Below, in pieces: positions 63,860 to 64,000 of a stretch of 64,000 bases of DNA. The notes below the pieces were generated by a model, which saw nothing but the letters and a program-made list of their open reading frames with translations, searched no databases and was not told the origin of the DNA. A program made the translations under genes and the position numbers. Each line of letters begins with the position of its first letter. The first letter of the stretch is position 1. Origin of the DNA: Takakia lepidozioides (Eukaryota; Plantae; Bryophyta); assembly GCA_030704615.1 (NCBI GenBank), contig CM060731.1:35774001-35838000 (forward strand), in the 5' to 3' direction.

Positions 63860-64000
63860 TAATTTGATCTTCACTATTTCAGTGTCAGACGATTGTAGGC
63901 TGATGCAATCCGGTTAGACCAGTGCACTGATGTCACATCGTGGATGCATCACCCAAAATTGCAGGACCGTCTCTTCCATCATATTGTGGACTGTGGGGAG

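Overview
Eukaryotic plant DNA with spliceosomal GT-AG introns. A non-seed plant (bryophyte-like) is suggested by the CPS/KS-like terpene synthase and the GCM-type transposase, but the species cannot be identified. Two host genes bracket the window. The first is an intact 14-exon diterpene synthase (1124-7385, 850 aa). It has an intact class II DxDD motif, degenerate class I motifs, and an LFS/PNV catalytic dyad that suggests a clerodane (kolavenyl-PP)-type synthase. The second is the 5' part of a frameshifted CYP72-clan P450 (from 62796). The ~55 kb between them is mostly decayed transposable elements: En/Spm remnants, an L1-like LINE, and a full-length 12.7 kb CACTA element whose TnpA-like gene carries an FCP1/NIF phosphatase-like domain and lies antisense to the transposase. 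The most notable feature is a ~13.7 kb Mutator-like unit (~14880-28620). In it, a GCM-MULE-SWIM transposase lies head-to-head with a spliced gene encoding a ParB/Sulfiredoxin-like domain fused to a beta-class N4/N6 DNA-methyltransferase fold. About 36 copies of one palindromic motif (core GGAAATTCGGCGCC) sit in three differently spaced arrays in its non-coding parts. This copy is mutated, and every functional claim about it is inference.
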